A stretch of DNA of 42,173 nucleotides from Thermoanaerobaculia bacterium (GCA_035574985.1 DATLYG010000194.1:1-42173), one strand, 5' to 3'. Numbered from the stretch's first letter, positions 29,338 through 38,566 are shown. Numbers and translations are program-made. Notes: generated by a model not told the origin, from the letters alone.

Positions 29338-31695
29338 ATGGCAAAAAGGCAACGCAGGATACCGCGAGCGTCTTCATCAACGACGACGAACGCGGCCTGC
29401 CCGGTGTTTGTGGACATGACGGAGTATGTCTATGAGCAGTCCTTTCCGAGCGGGCTTGACACGTACAAGGTGCGCGAGCAGAACAAGGTTGGGATCACGA
29501 TCACGAAGGACTACTGCACGTCACCAGACGGGCGTTGTGGCATCACGTACGCGGGGTCCTCGGTCACGGTGACGTACACGACCGGCATCGAGGCGGGTGT
29601 CTACTCGGGGAACAACCAGGTCGGCGCGATTCACGGCCCCACCGAAATGCCGCTCGTCGTGCAACTCTCTGCATTCGACGGGACGTCGCTTGCCGGCAAG
29701 GCGGTGGAGTTCAAGGTGACGAGCGTCCCCACGCGCGCGACGGCGACGACGATTGGCGCGACGGAGTCGGGCACCACCACGACGTACACTGCGACCGCCG
29801 ACGCCTCGGGTCGCGCGCAGGCGACGATGGTGTTCGGGAACAAGGATGGCACGTACACCGTCGAGGCGATCAGTCCGCTGAGCAACACGAAGGTTCCGGC
29901 GACGTTCACGGCCACCGCACGTGTGCCGACATCAGTGCGGATCGCGCGACGCGACGAGAATATGGAGTTCGATGTGTACAGCAACCCGTACGTCGTCCTC
30001 CCGCTGCAGGGCGCGCGCTTCCGAGCGATAGGATACGACGGAGGTGGACGCATCGGACCGGTCCGCGCGGACTGGAAAACCAGCGTTGCTAAGGGCACAA
30101 CAGAGCCAGGAGGTGCCACGCTTGCCCCCATCACGGCGTCATCGTTTACGTCATTCACCCCGACAGCATTCGGCAAGCTCACCCTAGAGGCGACGACTAG
30201 CCCGCGCATTTCCGGCGTCTCCACCGCAAAGGCGCCGGTGGAGATCCGCACGGGCGTCTTCCTCGACGTGGACAACAACTTCGTCCCGTCAGGACCGGAG
30301 GATGACCTGCCGACCTTTCTGCCTGGCGCGATCGGCGGATCGTCCGTGCTGCCGGCCCTGATGCCGCAGCAGGTGCAAGTCCACGTACTGACGCCGCCGA
30401 GCATGTCGGGTACGGTGCAGTTTGAGATTCTGGATACATCGAGCTTTCCAGGGCTTGCAATGAACTACCCTGCCAGTGGTGCAGTGAGCGAGGATGACAC
30501 GTACTTTCATGACGGCGTGTCGCGCGTAAGGGCGCTGCCGCCGGCGAGCCCAGCCGTCTCAGGAGACTCCGTGGCAACGCTCTTCGTCAATGATTACGCG
30601 GCGCGCGCAAAGCTCCGCGTCACCGTCACGCCGACGGGTCGTACGCCCATCGTTCTCGGACCGATCGCCATACCGACGGATGCGAACCTTAACGGCCTCC
30701 CTGACGCCTCATGGAGTCCCAACACGACGCCCGATACCTCATTAGCCGAAACACAAGACATTGACGCGCAACCAGCAGCGAGCGGGGACCCGACGCTTGG
30801 TTTGACCGGCGACGGGTTGACGGTGCTTGAGGAGTACCGCGGATTCGTCGTTGGCGGAGTGCATCGGCGAACGAACCCAGACAAGAAAGATCTCTTTATA
30901 CGCATGGATGCCGCCCTAACGCCATTTGCAGACTTTCTGAACTCGCTTCCGCTTGATCTGCACTACGTAGAATCCGCGGAAGTGAGGGGCGACGGACCCT
31001 CCGTGATTAATCCTACTCGATGCGATCCCGATCCTACTCGACCCTGCATGATTGGGTCGAGCGCTCAGCGCGCTGCTCGCTTCAAGGAACGCCGAGGAAT
31101 AGGCTGGCGGCGCGATTCCGCGGGCCAACTCTATACCGACACAAGATTATGGGGTGCCGTATACTTTGACGGCCACGACACCTTCGCGGCGGACGATCGT
31201 CTAACTGATGCGGATGTCAAAAGCACCAACGAATCGCTCTACGCCGACATTTACACAGATAATCACAGCAAACGCGCGATTCTGACGAACGATGGCATTA
31301 TTGACGATCCGAACGCGCAGATCTGTACTGCGATGAATCAGCGAACGACGTTTTACAAGTGCGACGACGTGACTCTAAGGTATCCAACGACAGGCACGCC
31401 GCCGGCCGCCGTTGAGCCCGGGCCTGACGACTGGCAGACTACCGCTATGGGGAACGACACCTACGGTAATTACTTGCCAAATGGGTGTCCCGCAACGAAC
31501 ACATTGTTCCTGGGCCCGATCGCCATCGACATGCTGAAGCGGAATACCATCGCACACGAGGGAGGCCACTTGCTCGACATGAAACACTACGACACCTGCA
31601 GCCCTGCGGGCGTCATGGGTCTGCCATTCTTACCGATACCGGACAACTACACCGCAACTGATCTCGCGCAGATCCGTGTGCATCGCAAATACTGA
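29338..31695 (+). CDS. Large Ig-like (Big_1-type) domain protein with C-terminal metzincin-like zinc-protease motif
   Basis: Long ORF with lower [26 protein letters not shown]...[26 protein letters not shown] is invasin/Big_1-like. [13 protein letters not shown] is a calcium-binding-repeat-like segment. [16 protein letters not shown] (HExxHxxDxxH) is followed by GVMG (a possible Met-turn). ATG at 29338 has GGAG about 8 nt upstream, and ATG at 29416 is an alternative start. No signal peptide. Confidence 0.7.
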   Translation: MAKRQRRIPRASSSTTTNAACPVFVDMTEYVYEQSFPSGLDTYKVREQNKVGITITKDYCTSPDGRCGITYAGSSVTVTYTTGIEAGVYSGNNQVGAIHGPTEMPLVVQLSAFDGTSLAGKAVEFKVTSVPTRATATTIGATESGTTTTYTATADASGRAQATMVFGNKDGTYTVEAISPLSNTKVPATFTATARVPTSVRIARRDENMEFDVYSNPYVVLPLQGARFRAIGYDGGGRIGPVRADWKTSVAKGTTEPGGATLAPITASSFTSFTPTAFGKLTLEATTSPRISGVSTAKAPVEIRTGVFLDVDNNFVPSGPEDDLPTFLPGAIGGSSVLPALMPQQVQVHVLTPPSMSGTVQFEILDTSSFPGLAMNYPASGAVSEDDTYFHDGVSRVRALPPASPAVSGDSVATLFVNDYAARAKLRVTVTPTGRTPIVLGPIAIPTDANLNGLPDASWSPNTTPDTSLAETQDIDAQPAASGDPTLGLTGDGLTVLEEYRGFVVGGVHRRTNPDKKDLFIRMDAALTPFADFLNSLPLDLHYVESAEVRGDGPSVINPTRCDPDPTRPCMIGSSAQRAARFKERRGIGWRRDSAGQLYTDTRLWGAVYFDGHDTFAADDRLTDADVKSTNESLYADIYTDNHSKRAILTNDGIIDDPNAQICTAMNQRTTFYKCDDVTLRYPTTGTPPAAVEPGPDDWQTTAMGNDTYGNYLPNGCPATNTLFLGPIAIDMLKRNTIAHEGGHLLDMKHYDTCSPAGVMGLPFLPIPDNYTATDLAQIRVHRKY
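29361..29399 (+). pseudogene. yjbQ: YjbQ gene fragment, 13 middle codons, inverted relative to the other two fragments
   Basis: ACC GCG AGC GTC TTC ATC AAC GAC GAC GAA CGC GGC CTG translates to [13 protein letters not shown]. This is the conserved family segment expected between ..NAMHI and (H)EDY.., but it is encoded on the plus strand. Confidence 0.75.
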
Positions 31696-31707
31696 GGAGG
31701 ATCAGAG

Positions 31708-32697
31708 ATGAGATCGCGTACTGTCTCGACGATTCTGCTTATTCTCGTGTCGATAATCGCGCAATCAGCGACGGCTGGCGTCATAGTATCCGGCTGGGTT
31801 AAGTACCATCAGTTGTTTTTCAGCGAACCACATCCTGGCGTGACCGCTCCGCAGCTCGTCTTTGCCGACGAGAAGCCGCGCCTTGAGATACGCGTCTTCA
31901 TGAACCCCCTCCGTCGTGGTCCAAAATATGAGAATGTTAAGGAACACGAACAGATCACGTTCGGAACAACGCCGTGGTGGACGAACGCCTGGCTGCGGTT
32001 CGAGAACCACACGACTGGAGAAACGCGCACGATACCCGCAAGCGACTTGCGGTTTGTTGCAGAGCGGTCTGACCGAGAAGGTGGTCGAGAAAGCGTGAAT
32101 GCGATTCGCGATGACGAAATCGTCTATGCCGAATTTGATTTGCCACCCTTCGCCCTGGGTGACTACCACCTCATCGCCGAATTGAGGGTACCTCAGGTCG
32201 GGTCGCAGCCCGAGCAGATGTTTCGATCTGATACACCCTTCGCATTCAGCGTTCGGCGTGGCGATGAGGACGTTGATACGCGCCGTGCTTACTTGCGGGC
32301 GCGAGCCCAACGGCTCGCAGCAACGCCAGGAGTCGGGTTCGATCTGTTTCGCACTACGGTCGAGGAGCTCATGCAGCTCGAGCCCAAGAATCCGGGGAAC
32401 CTGGAGTGGCTGGGGGATCTCGCTGTTTCGCTGTCTACCGCTGAAGAAGCAACAGCCTATTACGATCGCACGCTCGAGCTGATCAGGACGAATCTCATTG
32501 AGAAATTTGGCCCTGCCGAAGCTTGGTCAAGCGAGGTGAAGGAGTTTTGGTCGCAGCGGGAGCGAGCCTTGACCGTTGTCCGTCGCGCAAGCGCGCTAGC
32601 CAAACCAGGAAGCTGGATGTCCGTCCTAAACGACGGGCGATCGAAACGCATTCTGTTGTACACGCCTGGTGAACACAGGGCACGGCACATCGACTAA
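31708..32697 (+). CDS. Secreted hypothetical protein (N-terminal beta-rich region, C-terminal helical/TPR-like region)
   Basis: AGGAGG lies 7 nt upstream of the ATG. Signal peptide [24 protein letters not shown]. Lowest GC in the window. It starts 12 nt after the stop of the metalloprotease-like gene. I recognise no family. Confidence 0.75.
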   Translation: MRSRTVSTILLILVSIIAQSATAGVIVSGWVKYHQLFFSEPHPGVTAPQLVFADEKPRLEIRVFMNPLRRGPKYENVKEHEQITFGTTPWWTNAWLRFENHTTGETRTIPASDLRFVAERSDREGGRESVNAIRDDEIVYAEFDLPPFALGDYHLIAELRVPQVGSQPEQMFRSDTPFAFSVRRGDEDVDTRRAYLRARAQRLAATPGVGFDLFRTTVEELMQLEPKNPGNLEWLGDLAVSLSTAEEATAYYDRTLELIRTNLIEKFGPAEAWSSEVKEFWSQRERALTVVRRASALAKPGSWMSVLNDGRSKRILLYTPGEHRARHID

Positions 32698-32735
32698 CGT
32701 AACAGTTAACTGAAAACGACGTCGGATGTCGCAGT

Positions 32736-32823
32736 TGTGCTGCTTCGGTCGGAACGTGACGGATCCTCCTGCCGTGTGCGTAACACGGCGGTTGGTCCGT
32801 CACGTTCCGACCGAAGCAGCACA
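32736..32823. repeat. Perfect 28-bp inverted repeat with 32-nt spacer containing a nested 7-bp hairpin
   Basis: TGTGCTGCTTCGGTCGGAACGTGACGGA (32736-32763) is the exact reverse complement of 32796-32823. The spacer contains GCCGTGT-gcgta-ACACGGC (32771-32789). The element starts 38 nt after the stop of the preceding gene. Confidence 0.9.
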
Positions 32824-32878
32824 GTTCCTTTGAAGAAAAACGGCGGGTCATCGAAAACATCACCGAGCGCATCGTCAT

Positions 32879-33016
32879 GATGTGCATCGCATTCACGAGG
32901 CAGAGCCCTTCCTTCACGCCGCTCTCGCGCACCTCGCGCTCGACCTCCCGGGTGATGTTGACGAACTCCATCCGCTCCTTCGTGTGGAACGTCAGCCGTT
33001 TCGTATGCGACTTCAT
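32879..33016 (-). pseudogene. yjbQ: YjbQ/UPF0047 gene fragment, N-terminal 46 codons
   Basis: [46 protein letters not shown] is the conserved family N-terminus. After Ile46 the reading frame continues into non-homologous sequence ([10 protein letters not shown]...) through the inverted repeat. Confidence 0.8.
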
Positions 33017-33026
33017 GGCGCGAAGC

Positions 33027-34862
33027 CTACTGCAGCTTCGGCAGCTTCGCTCCCTTCCTCAGCACCGGCTCGAAGAGATCGCCGACCTTCGCCAGACGCT
33101 CCGGCATCGTCCGGAGGTTGAACTTCCCCGGATCGAGATCCTTCCCGACCTCCTCCCACTTCAGCGGCGCCGATACCGGAGCACCGTCGACGGCGCGAAG
33201 CGAATACGGCGCGACGACGGTCTTTCCGTATGCGTTCTGCATGCAGTCGAGATACAGCCGTCCGCGGCGCCGGGTCAGGCTCCGCTCCGTCGTCATCCAC
33301 GGCACGCGGGCGGCGACGGCGCGAGCAATCCCGCAGGCAAACTCTGCGGCATCCTCGTGCGTGTAGCCGGCTGCGAGCGGGACGAAGATGTGGATCCCCC
33401 GTTTTCCCGACGTCTTCGGCACGCTCGGCAGCTCGAGGGTCTCGAGCAGTCCCCGCATGACGTTTGCCGCATCGATGGCCTGCTCGATGCCTTTCCCCTT
33501 CGCCGGATCGAGATCGAACACGATCCAGTCGGGTTGTTCGAGCTGCTTCGCGCGCGAGGCCCACATGTGGATGGTCAGGACGGACATCTGGGCCAGCCAC
33601 CGCAGTGCGGCCGGACTGTCGACGACCAGATGGCGCACGGCCTTTCGCTCGCCGCCGCGCGTGGGCGTCATGACCGTGGTCAGCCAGCCGGGCGCTTCCC
33701 TGCCGAGGTGCTGGTGAAACCACGACGGCTTGTCGATTCCCTCGTTCCAGTGCTCGAGCGCCAGGGGGCGGTCACGCAGCGAGCGGAGCATCGGTTCGGC
33801 CATCGCCTCGTAGTAGTCCGCCACGTCCTGCTTGGTGATCCCGTCGCGCGGATAGAGGAGCCGTCCCGGATTCGTCAGGATCACCTCGGGCGCCTTCGCC
33901 TTCCGCGTCCGCTTCGGCTTCGGCTCGTGAACGGGGCGCTCGCGAACGACCTCCTCGGGCGCCTTGTCGGGCCGCAGTCCGAGGAACGACGGGTGGCGGA
34001 GGCGATGATCGGACGTCCACTCCGTGAAGGCGACCTGCGCGACGAGGCGGGGCCGCACCCACGTCGCATCGCGCGCGCGAGGCGGGTCCTTCACCGGCGG
34101 CGACGGGACCGCGTCGCGCGACAGCTCGCTCCACAGCTCCTTCCGCAGCTTCGACGAAAACCCGGTCCCTACCTTTCCGGCGTAGCGAAAGGCGCCGTCA
34201 TCGTCGCGTACCGCGAGATGAAGCGAGCCGATCTCGTTCGGAGACGCACTGCTCGGCTGGTAGCCGACGATCACGAACTCCTGGGTGTTGAGCGCCTTGA
34301 TCTTCAGCCACTGCTTCGAACGCCGCATCTCGTAGATCGAATCGCGCCGCTTCGCGATGATCCCCTCGTACCCCTCGATCGCGGCGCGGCGCAGTGCCTC
34401 TTCCCCATCGCCCTTCAGACGCTGCGCCAGCGAGACCCCCGCAGGCGGGTTGCGCAGGATCTTCTCCAACGCCCCTCGCCGCTCCTCCCACGGCCGGTTG
34501 CGGAGGTCCTCGCCGTCGAGCCAGAGCAGGTCGAACAGAACGATGCGCGCTCGATGCGCCCCTCCCTGCAGAAGCTGGAAGCGCGGAACACCCTTCTCGT
34601 CGACGGCGACGATTTCCCCGTCGACGACCGCCTCTCGAACCTTCAGCTTCGCCAGCGCCTCGGCAACGTGCGGAAAGCGGTCGGAGAGATCGATCTGATT
34701 GCGGCTCCACAGCGCGACTTCACCGCTGCAAATCGCGGCAATCGCCCGGAACCCGTCGTACTTGAGTTCGTACACCCAGTTCCCGTCGTCTTCGGGCGGA
34801 GCGCCGGCGAGCGTCGCCAGCATGGGAGGAAAGAATCGCCTGATGAGCTGTTGCGGTTTCAC
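33027..34862 (-). CDS. ligD: ATP-dependent DNA ligase LigD (ligase + polymerase/primase domains, Lig-Pol order, no PE domain)
   Basis: YELKYDGFR (KxDG adenylation motif), then EGIIAKR. The C-terminal half carries LigD-Pol motifs ([45 protein letters not shown]). 611 aa. Confidence 0.9.
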   Translation of the reverse strand: MKPQQLIRRFFPPMLATLAGAPPEDDGNWVYELKYDGFRAIAAICSGEVALWSRNQIDLSDRFPHVAEALAKLKVREAVVDGEIVAVDEKGVPRFQLLQGGAHRARIVLFDLLWLDGEDLRNRPWEERRGALEKILRNPPAGVSLAQRLKGDGEEALRRAAIEGYEGIIAKRRDSIYEMRRSKQWLKIKALNTQEFVIVGYQPSSASPNEIGSLHLAVRDDDGAFRYAGKVGTGFSSKLRKELWSELSRDAVPSPPVKDPPRARDATWVRPRLVAQVAFTEWTSDHRLRHPSFLGLRPDKAPEEVVRERPVHEPKPKRTRKAKAPEVILTNPGRLLYPRDGITKQDVADYYEAMAEPMLRSLRDRPLALEHWNEGIDKPSWFHQHLGREAPGWLTTVMTPTRGGERKAVRHLVVDSPAALRWLAQMSVLTIHMWASRAKQLEQPDWIVFDLDPAKGKGIEQAIDAANVMRGLLETLELPSVPKTSGKRGIHIFVPLAAGYTHEDAAEFACGIARAVAARVPWMTTERSLTRRRGRLYLDCMQNAYGKTVVAPYSLRAVDGAPVSAPLKWEEVGKDLDPGKFNLRTMPERLAKVGDLFEPVLRKGAKLPKLQ

Positions 34863-35120
34863 GTCACGGTTCCTCGTTGCATGCAGGCTGCCGAGGCGGC
34901 AATCATGGTAGCCCGCACGGGCCCGCGTCGCGGAACGCGGGCGCTGCGCCGCGCCGTTTCCTCAGGACGGCGATCCGCAGGAAGCGTGGAACAAGGCCGT
35001 GCCCGCAGCGATGCCTGAAGCACGGTTCGCCACTCCGAAGCGGAACGGCGAGGCGGTCAAAATCGTTCGGGAGACATGGGCGGTCGAGCCGACGAACCGC
35101 CGAAGGAGGAGAGACATACG

Positions 35121-35372
35121 ATGCACGAAGCCGGACGGCCGGTGACCCGCTCGCTCGAGGAGATCAAGTCGATGGCGGCATCGGTGGCCCGTGAGATGCA
35201 GGCCGGCGCGATGACCGACGAGCTGCGCGCGCGATTCATCGAGCTTCGCGCGGCGCTCTTCCAGCGCGGGATCCACGATCCGGTGCTGGCCCGCTTCGAC
35301 AGCGCGACGGTCCCGCGGGCCTCGCAGCAGGAAATCGCGGCGCAGCTCGCCGCGGTGGCCGAATCGCTCTGA
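35121..35372 (+). CDS. Small hypothetical protein (83 aa)
   Basis: ATG at 35121 preceded by AAGGAGGAG. High GC3 and a helical-looking sequence. No family recognised. Confidence 0.55.
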   Translation: MHEAGRPVTRSLEEIKSMAASVAREMQAGAMTDELRARFIELRAALFQRGIHDPVLARFDSATVPRASQQEIAAQLAAVAESL

Positions 35373-35430
35373 CGGGCCCGCCTGACGGGTTCGTTGACCG
35401 ATCCGCTGACCGATCCGCTAACGGATCCGC
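35370..35430. repeat. Five tandem ~12-nt units (TGAC/TAAC-initiated)
   Basis: TGACGGGCCCGCC / TGACGGGTTCGT / TGACCGATCCGC / TGACCGATCCGC / TAACGGATCCGC span the whole gap between two convergent stop codons (35370-35372 and 35418-35420). Confidence 0.8.
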
Positions 35431-35852
35431 AGGTAGCACTCGTCGTCACCGACGAACTCGATCCGGCCCGCCGACTGGAGCTGCCGCAGCCGCTCCTGCA
35501 CGCGCGGGTGGGCGATGTTGCGCTTCGAGCCGAAGACGCGAACGAGCGCCGCGAGGGGAACGGCGTCGATCCCGCGATCGCGGCAGCAGTCGATGCCCAC
35601 CTGCAGGGCGTCGAGGCGGAACTCCACGTCGCGGTCGAGCAGATCGTCTTCCCCTCGCATCGCCGAGCCGAATTCGAGCATCGTCTCGAATGGCAGCGGC
35701 CGGAACTCGTCGACGCCGCGGGCGCGCAGCTCGTCCTCCGGGATCTCCTCCGCACACACCAGCCCCGGCACCTCGGCGCCGAGATCGTCGACCTCCCACC
35801 CGATCCACCGCTCCCGCCCGAGAAGCGAGATGCGCTGCACGTAGCGCGTCAT
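35418..35852 (-). CDS. Hypothetical protein (144 aa)
   Basis: Start trimmed to ATG at 35852 (MTRYVQRISLLGRERWIGWEVDD...). High GC3. The C-terminal RVQERLRQLQSAGRIEFVGDDECYLRI may be winged-helix-like (weak). Confidence 0.55.
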   Translation of the reverse strand: MTRYVQRISLLGRERWIGWEVDDLGAEVPGLVCAEEIPEDELRARGVDEFRPLPFETMLEFGSAMRGEDDLLDRDVEFRLDALQVGIDCCRDRGIDAVPLAALVRVFGSKRNIAHPRVQERLRQLQSAGRIEFVGDDECYLRIR

Positions 35853-36084
35853 GATGCGCCTTCCATAGCGCGATTCGTTCCCGGCGCGCGTGAGCCGGCT
35901 CACGTCCGGCGAGAAAAACTCCGCGGCTCCCCTCCGGTGCCCCTCGACGAGATGCCCCCCTGCCCGTTGCCGTGCATCGGCTCGCTCCAGGAATGCGACC
36001 CTGCGTTCCCTCGCGCCCCGCCCGTCAGGATGACACCGCGGCGTCACCCCGTTCCCCTCCGCCCCTCTGCTATTCTCCGCCGCC

Positions 36085-37398
36085 ATGAGTGACGCCATTG
36101 GATCTCTGTATGCGGACCATGTCCGGACCCTTCGCGAGCGGCACGATCGCGCGCTGGCGGCGACGGCATTCGATCACCTGATCATCGAGTCGGGGTTCCA
36201 GCGCTATCAGTTCCTCGACGACATGCCGTATCCCTTCAAGGTCAATCCACACTTCAAGGCGTGGGTCCCGGTCGTCGACAACCCTCACAGCTTTCTCGTC
36301 TACACGCCGGGGCGAACGCCGCTCCTGCTCTTTCACCAGCCGGTCGACTACTGGCACAAGGTGCCGGAGGCGCCGTCCGGCTTCTGGGTCGAACACTTCG
36401 AGATTCGCCCGATCGCCTCCCCCGACGAGGCGAGGCGGCACTTCCCCGCGAGCGGCCGTGTGGCGACGATCGGCGAGAGCGAGTCGGATGGCGGGGAGGG
36501 GCGCAACCCGGAGGCACTCCTCAACCGGCTGCACTTCGACCGCACCATCAAGACCGAATACGAGATCGAGTGCATGCGCCGCGCGAACCTTCTCGGCGCA
36601 CGCGGGCATGTCGCCGCCGAGAAGGCGTTCCGCGACGGCGCCTCGGAGTACGAAATCCATCTCGCCTATCTCGCCGCCGCAAACCACACCGAGGACGAGC
36701 TCCCTTACGGCAACATCATCGCCCTCGACGAGCATTCGGCGACGCTGCACTACTACGCACACGACCGACGGCGGAAGAAGGCGCGCTCGTTCCTGATCGA
36801 CGCCGGCGCCTCCTGCAACGGGTACGCGAGCGACATCACCCGGACGTACGCCGCCTCCGATGGCCTGTTCGCCGAACTGGTCGCGGCGATGGACGCGATG
36901 CAGCAGTCGCTCGCCGCCGAAGTGAGGCCGAAGATGAACTACATCGACTTCCACCTCCTGGCATACCGGAAGGTGGCGGAGATCCTCGTTCGCTTCGGCA
37001 TCGTGCGCGAACTCGACGCCGGAGCGGTCGTCGATCGGCGGATCAGCAGCGCGTTCTTTCCCCATGGCATCGGCCACTACATCGGTCTGCAGGTGCACGA
37101 CGTCGCCGGGTTCATGAAGGACCCTTCCGGCGCCACGATCCCGAGGCCGGAAGGCCATCCGTACCTCCGCCTCACGCGGGTGGTCGACGCCGGTCACGTC
37201 TTCACCATCGAGCCGGGTCTCTACTTCATCGACCCGCTTCTCGCGGAGCTGCGCGCGAGCGGAAACGCGAAGTATGTCGACTGGGAGAAGGTCGACGCGC
37301 TCCGACCCTGCGGAGGAATCCGCATCGAGGACGACGTCGTGGTGCGGGAAGGGGGCGTCGAGAACCTGACCCGCGCGGCGTTCGCCCATGTTTCCTGA
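36085..37398 (+). CDS. pepQ: Xaa-Pro dipeptidase (prolidase, M24B)
   Basis: Collinear with E. coli PepQ from the N-terminus (LYADHVRTLRER...FLDDMPYPFKVNPHFKAWVPV...PVDYWH) through the metal-binding region (HGIGHYIGLQVHD, FTIEPGLYF, IRIEDDVVV). Confidence 0.9.
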   Translation: MSDAIGSLYADHVRTLRERHDRALAATAFDHLIIESGFQRYQFLDDMPYPFKVNPHFKAWVPVVDNPHSFLVYTPGRTPLLLFHQPVDYWHKVPEAPSGFWVEHFEIRPIASPDEARRHFPASGRVATIGESESDGGEGRNPEALLNRLHFDRTIKTEYEIECMRRANLLGARGHVAAEKAFRDGASEYEIHLAYLAAANHTEDELPYGNIIALDEHSATLHYYAHDRRRKKARSFLIDAGASCNGYASDITRTYAASDGLFAELVAAMDAMQQSLAAEVRPKMNYIDFHLLAYRKVAEILVRFGIVRELDAGAVVDRRISSAFFPHGIGHYIGLQVHDVAGFMKDPSGATIPRPEGHPYLRLTRVVDAGHVFTIEPGLYFIDPLLAELRASGNAKYVDWEKVDALRPCGGIRIEDDVVVREGGVENLTRAAFAHVS

Positions 37399-37936
37399 CT
37401 TCGTTTCCGCCGCTCCGCTGAAGGAACTCTCCTCGGCGCTCGGGGTGCTGTCGGCGATGATCACGCCGGCGGTGCTGATCCTCGCCTCGGGATCGCTGAT
37501 CCTGACGACCTCGAACCGCCTCACGCGCGTGGTCGACCGCGTCCGGGAGATGCTCGCCGACCTCGAAGCGATCGCCGACGCCTCCGACGAGCTGTCGAAC
37601 GAGAAGCGCACACTCCTCTTCGCGCAGCTCGAGCGCGCCACCCTGCGCGCCCGCCTCCTTCAGCGCGCCATGACCCGCCTCTATCTCGGCCTGGCCATGT
37701 TCATCGCCACGAGCGTGTCCATCGGCGTGGTGGCCCTCTCCTCTCGCTTCGCCTGGATGCCGCTTCTGCTCGGCTTCATCGGCGCGGGACTCCTCTTCTG
37801 GGCGAGCATCATCCTGATCTTCGAGTCCCGCCTCGCTCTTGCCACCACCTACGCGGAGATGGACTACATCTGGCGCGTTCACATGCCGGCCGACCGGCGC
37901 GAGCGCCTGCGCGACGCCTGGTGGCACTTAAAGTGA
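37388..37936 (+). CDS. DUF2721-like membrane protein
   Basis: 182 aa with TM segments flanking a charged coiled region (SNRLTRVVDRVREMLADLE...). Overlaps the pepQ end by 11 nt. Confidence 0.65.
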   Translation: MFPDFVSAAPLKELSSALGVLSAMITPAVLILASGSLILTTSNRLTRVVDRVREMLADLEAIADASDELSNEKRTLLFAQLERATLRARLLQRAMTRLYLGLAMFIATSVSIGVVALSSRFAWMPLLLGFIGAGLLFWASIILIFESRLALATTYAEMDYIWRVHMPADRRERLRDAWWHLK

Positions 37937-38566
37937 ACTCGAGGTCGCGGCCTTCCACGCCTCGTGGCGGCGGATGAGCCTCAGCGACCGGTCGAGCAGC
38001 TCGCTGTTTTCCTTCCGGTTCAGCCACGTCGAGCGCCCCGACGGATGCGGCAGGACGACGACGTCGAATTCGTGCCCCGCCCGAGCGGCGCGGTGGATCC
38101 TGCCGACGGCCTCCTTCAGTTCCGCGACGCCGGTGAGTTGCTTTGCCGCGAGCGTCCCGACGGCAATGACGAGCTGCGGGCGCAGCAGGCGCAGCTCGCG
38201 ATCGAGGTGCTCGCCGCAGCGGGCGATCTCATCGGCTCCGGGAACGCGGTCGCCGCCGTTCTTCGGATCGCGCCCGGGAAAACAGCGGATCACCGAGGTG
38301 ATGTGGACGCGACGGCGCAACTCCTCCTCCCCCACGCCGAGGCGGTCGCGGAACCAGGAAAAGAGCCTCGCTCCTGCCGTGTGGGCGAATGGCCGGCCGG
38401 CGGCCGTCTCTCGCGGGCCGGGAGCCTGACCGACGAGCATGACGCGCGCTCCCGCCACCGCCCCCGTGACCGGCTCCCCGCTCACGCGGGGGCAGGCACG
38501 GCAGGCGTGGAGCGTTTCGAGGTGAGAAATCCAGTCGCCGGGTCGCAAAGTCGCAGAGCCGCACAC
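37928..38566 (-). CDS. Uracil-DNA glycosylase superfamily protein
   Basis: CRACPR, MLVGQAPGPRE..GRPF and VVLPHPSGRS motifs. GTG start at 38566. The 3-prime end overlaps the convergent gene by 9 nt. Confidence 0.75.
   Translation of the reverse strand: MCGSATLRPGDWISHLETLHACRACPRVSGEPVTGAVAGARVMLVGQAPGPRETAAGRPFAHTAGARLFSWFRDRLGVGEEELRRRVHITSVIRCFPGRDPKNGGDRVPGADEIARCGEHLDRELRLLRPQLVIAVGTLAAKQLTGVAELKEAVGRIHRAARAGHEFDVVVLPHPSGRSTWLNRKENSELLDRSLRLIRRHEAWKAATSSSL

Larger units (their letters stand above)
29257..32878. other. Lower-GC inserted segment interrupting yjbQ (putative horizontally acquired cassette; no mobility gene)
   Basis: Sampled lines inside are about 47-57% G+C against about 65-72% in the flanks. 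It is bounded by yjbQ fragments and contains two plus-strand genes, an inverted 39-nt yjbQ piece and palindromic elements near both ends. Confidence 0.75.

Noticed and set aside
29014-29352. 112-aa ORF treated as an intact gene.
   Set aside because: Only the last 80 residues are YjbQ-like. The first ~30 residues ([32 protein letters not shown]) are read-through of insert sequence from a TTG codon.
32736-32823. CRISPR-like dimensions (28-nt repeat, 32-nt spacer).
   Set aside because: The two copies are inverted, not direct. There are only two copies, and no cas genes are present.
32698-32878. Integron attC site / gene-cassette interpretation of the hairpin.
   Set aside because: There are no RYYYAAC/GTTRRRY core sites at the stem ends. 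The stem is perfect, without the extrahelical bases typical of attC. No intI gene is in the window.
32495-33016. 173-aa ORF treated as an intact gene.
   Set aside because: Only the first 46 residues are YjbQ-like. The remainder reads through the 28-bp inverted repeat and runs antisense to the 3-prime end of the secreted-protein gene.
33027-36098. Search for a Ku gene or other NHEJ partner beside ligD among the small flanking ORFs.
   Set aside because: Neither the 83-aa nor the 144-aa protein shows Ku-like length or motifs. No other candidate ORF exists.
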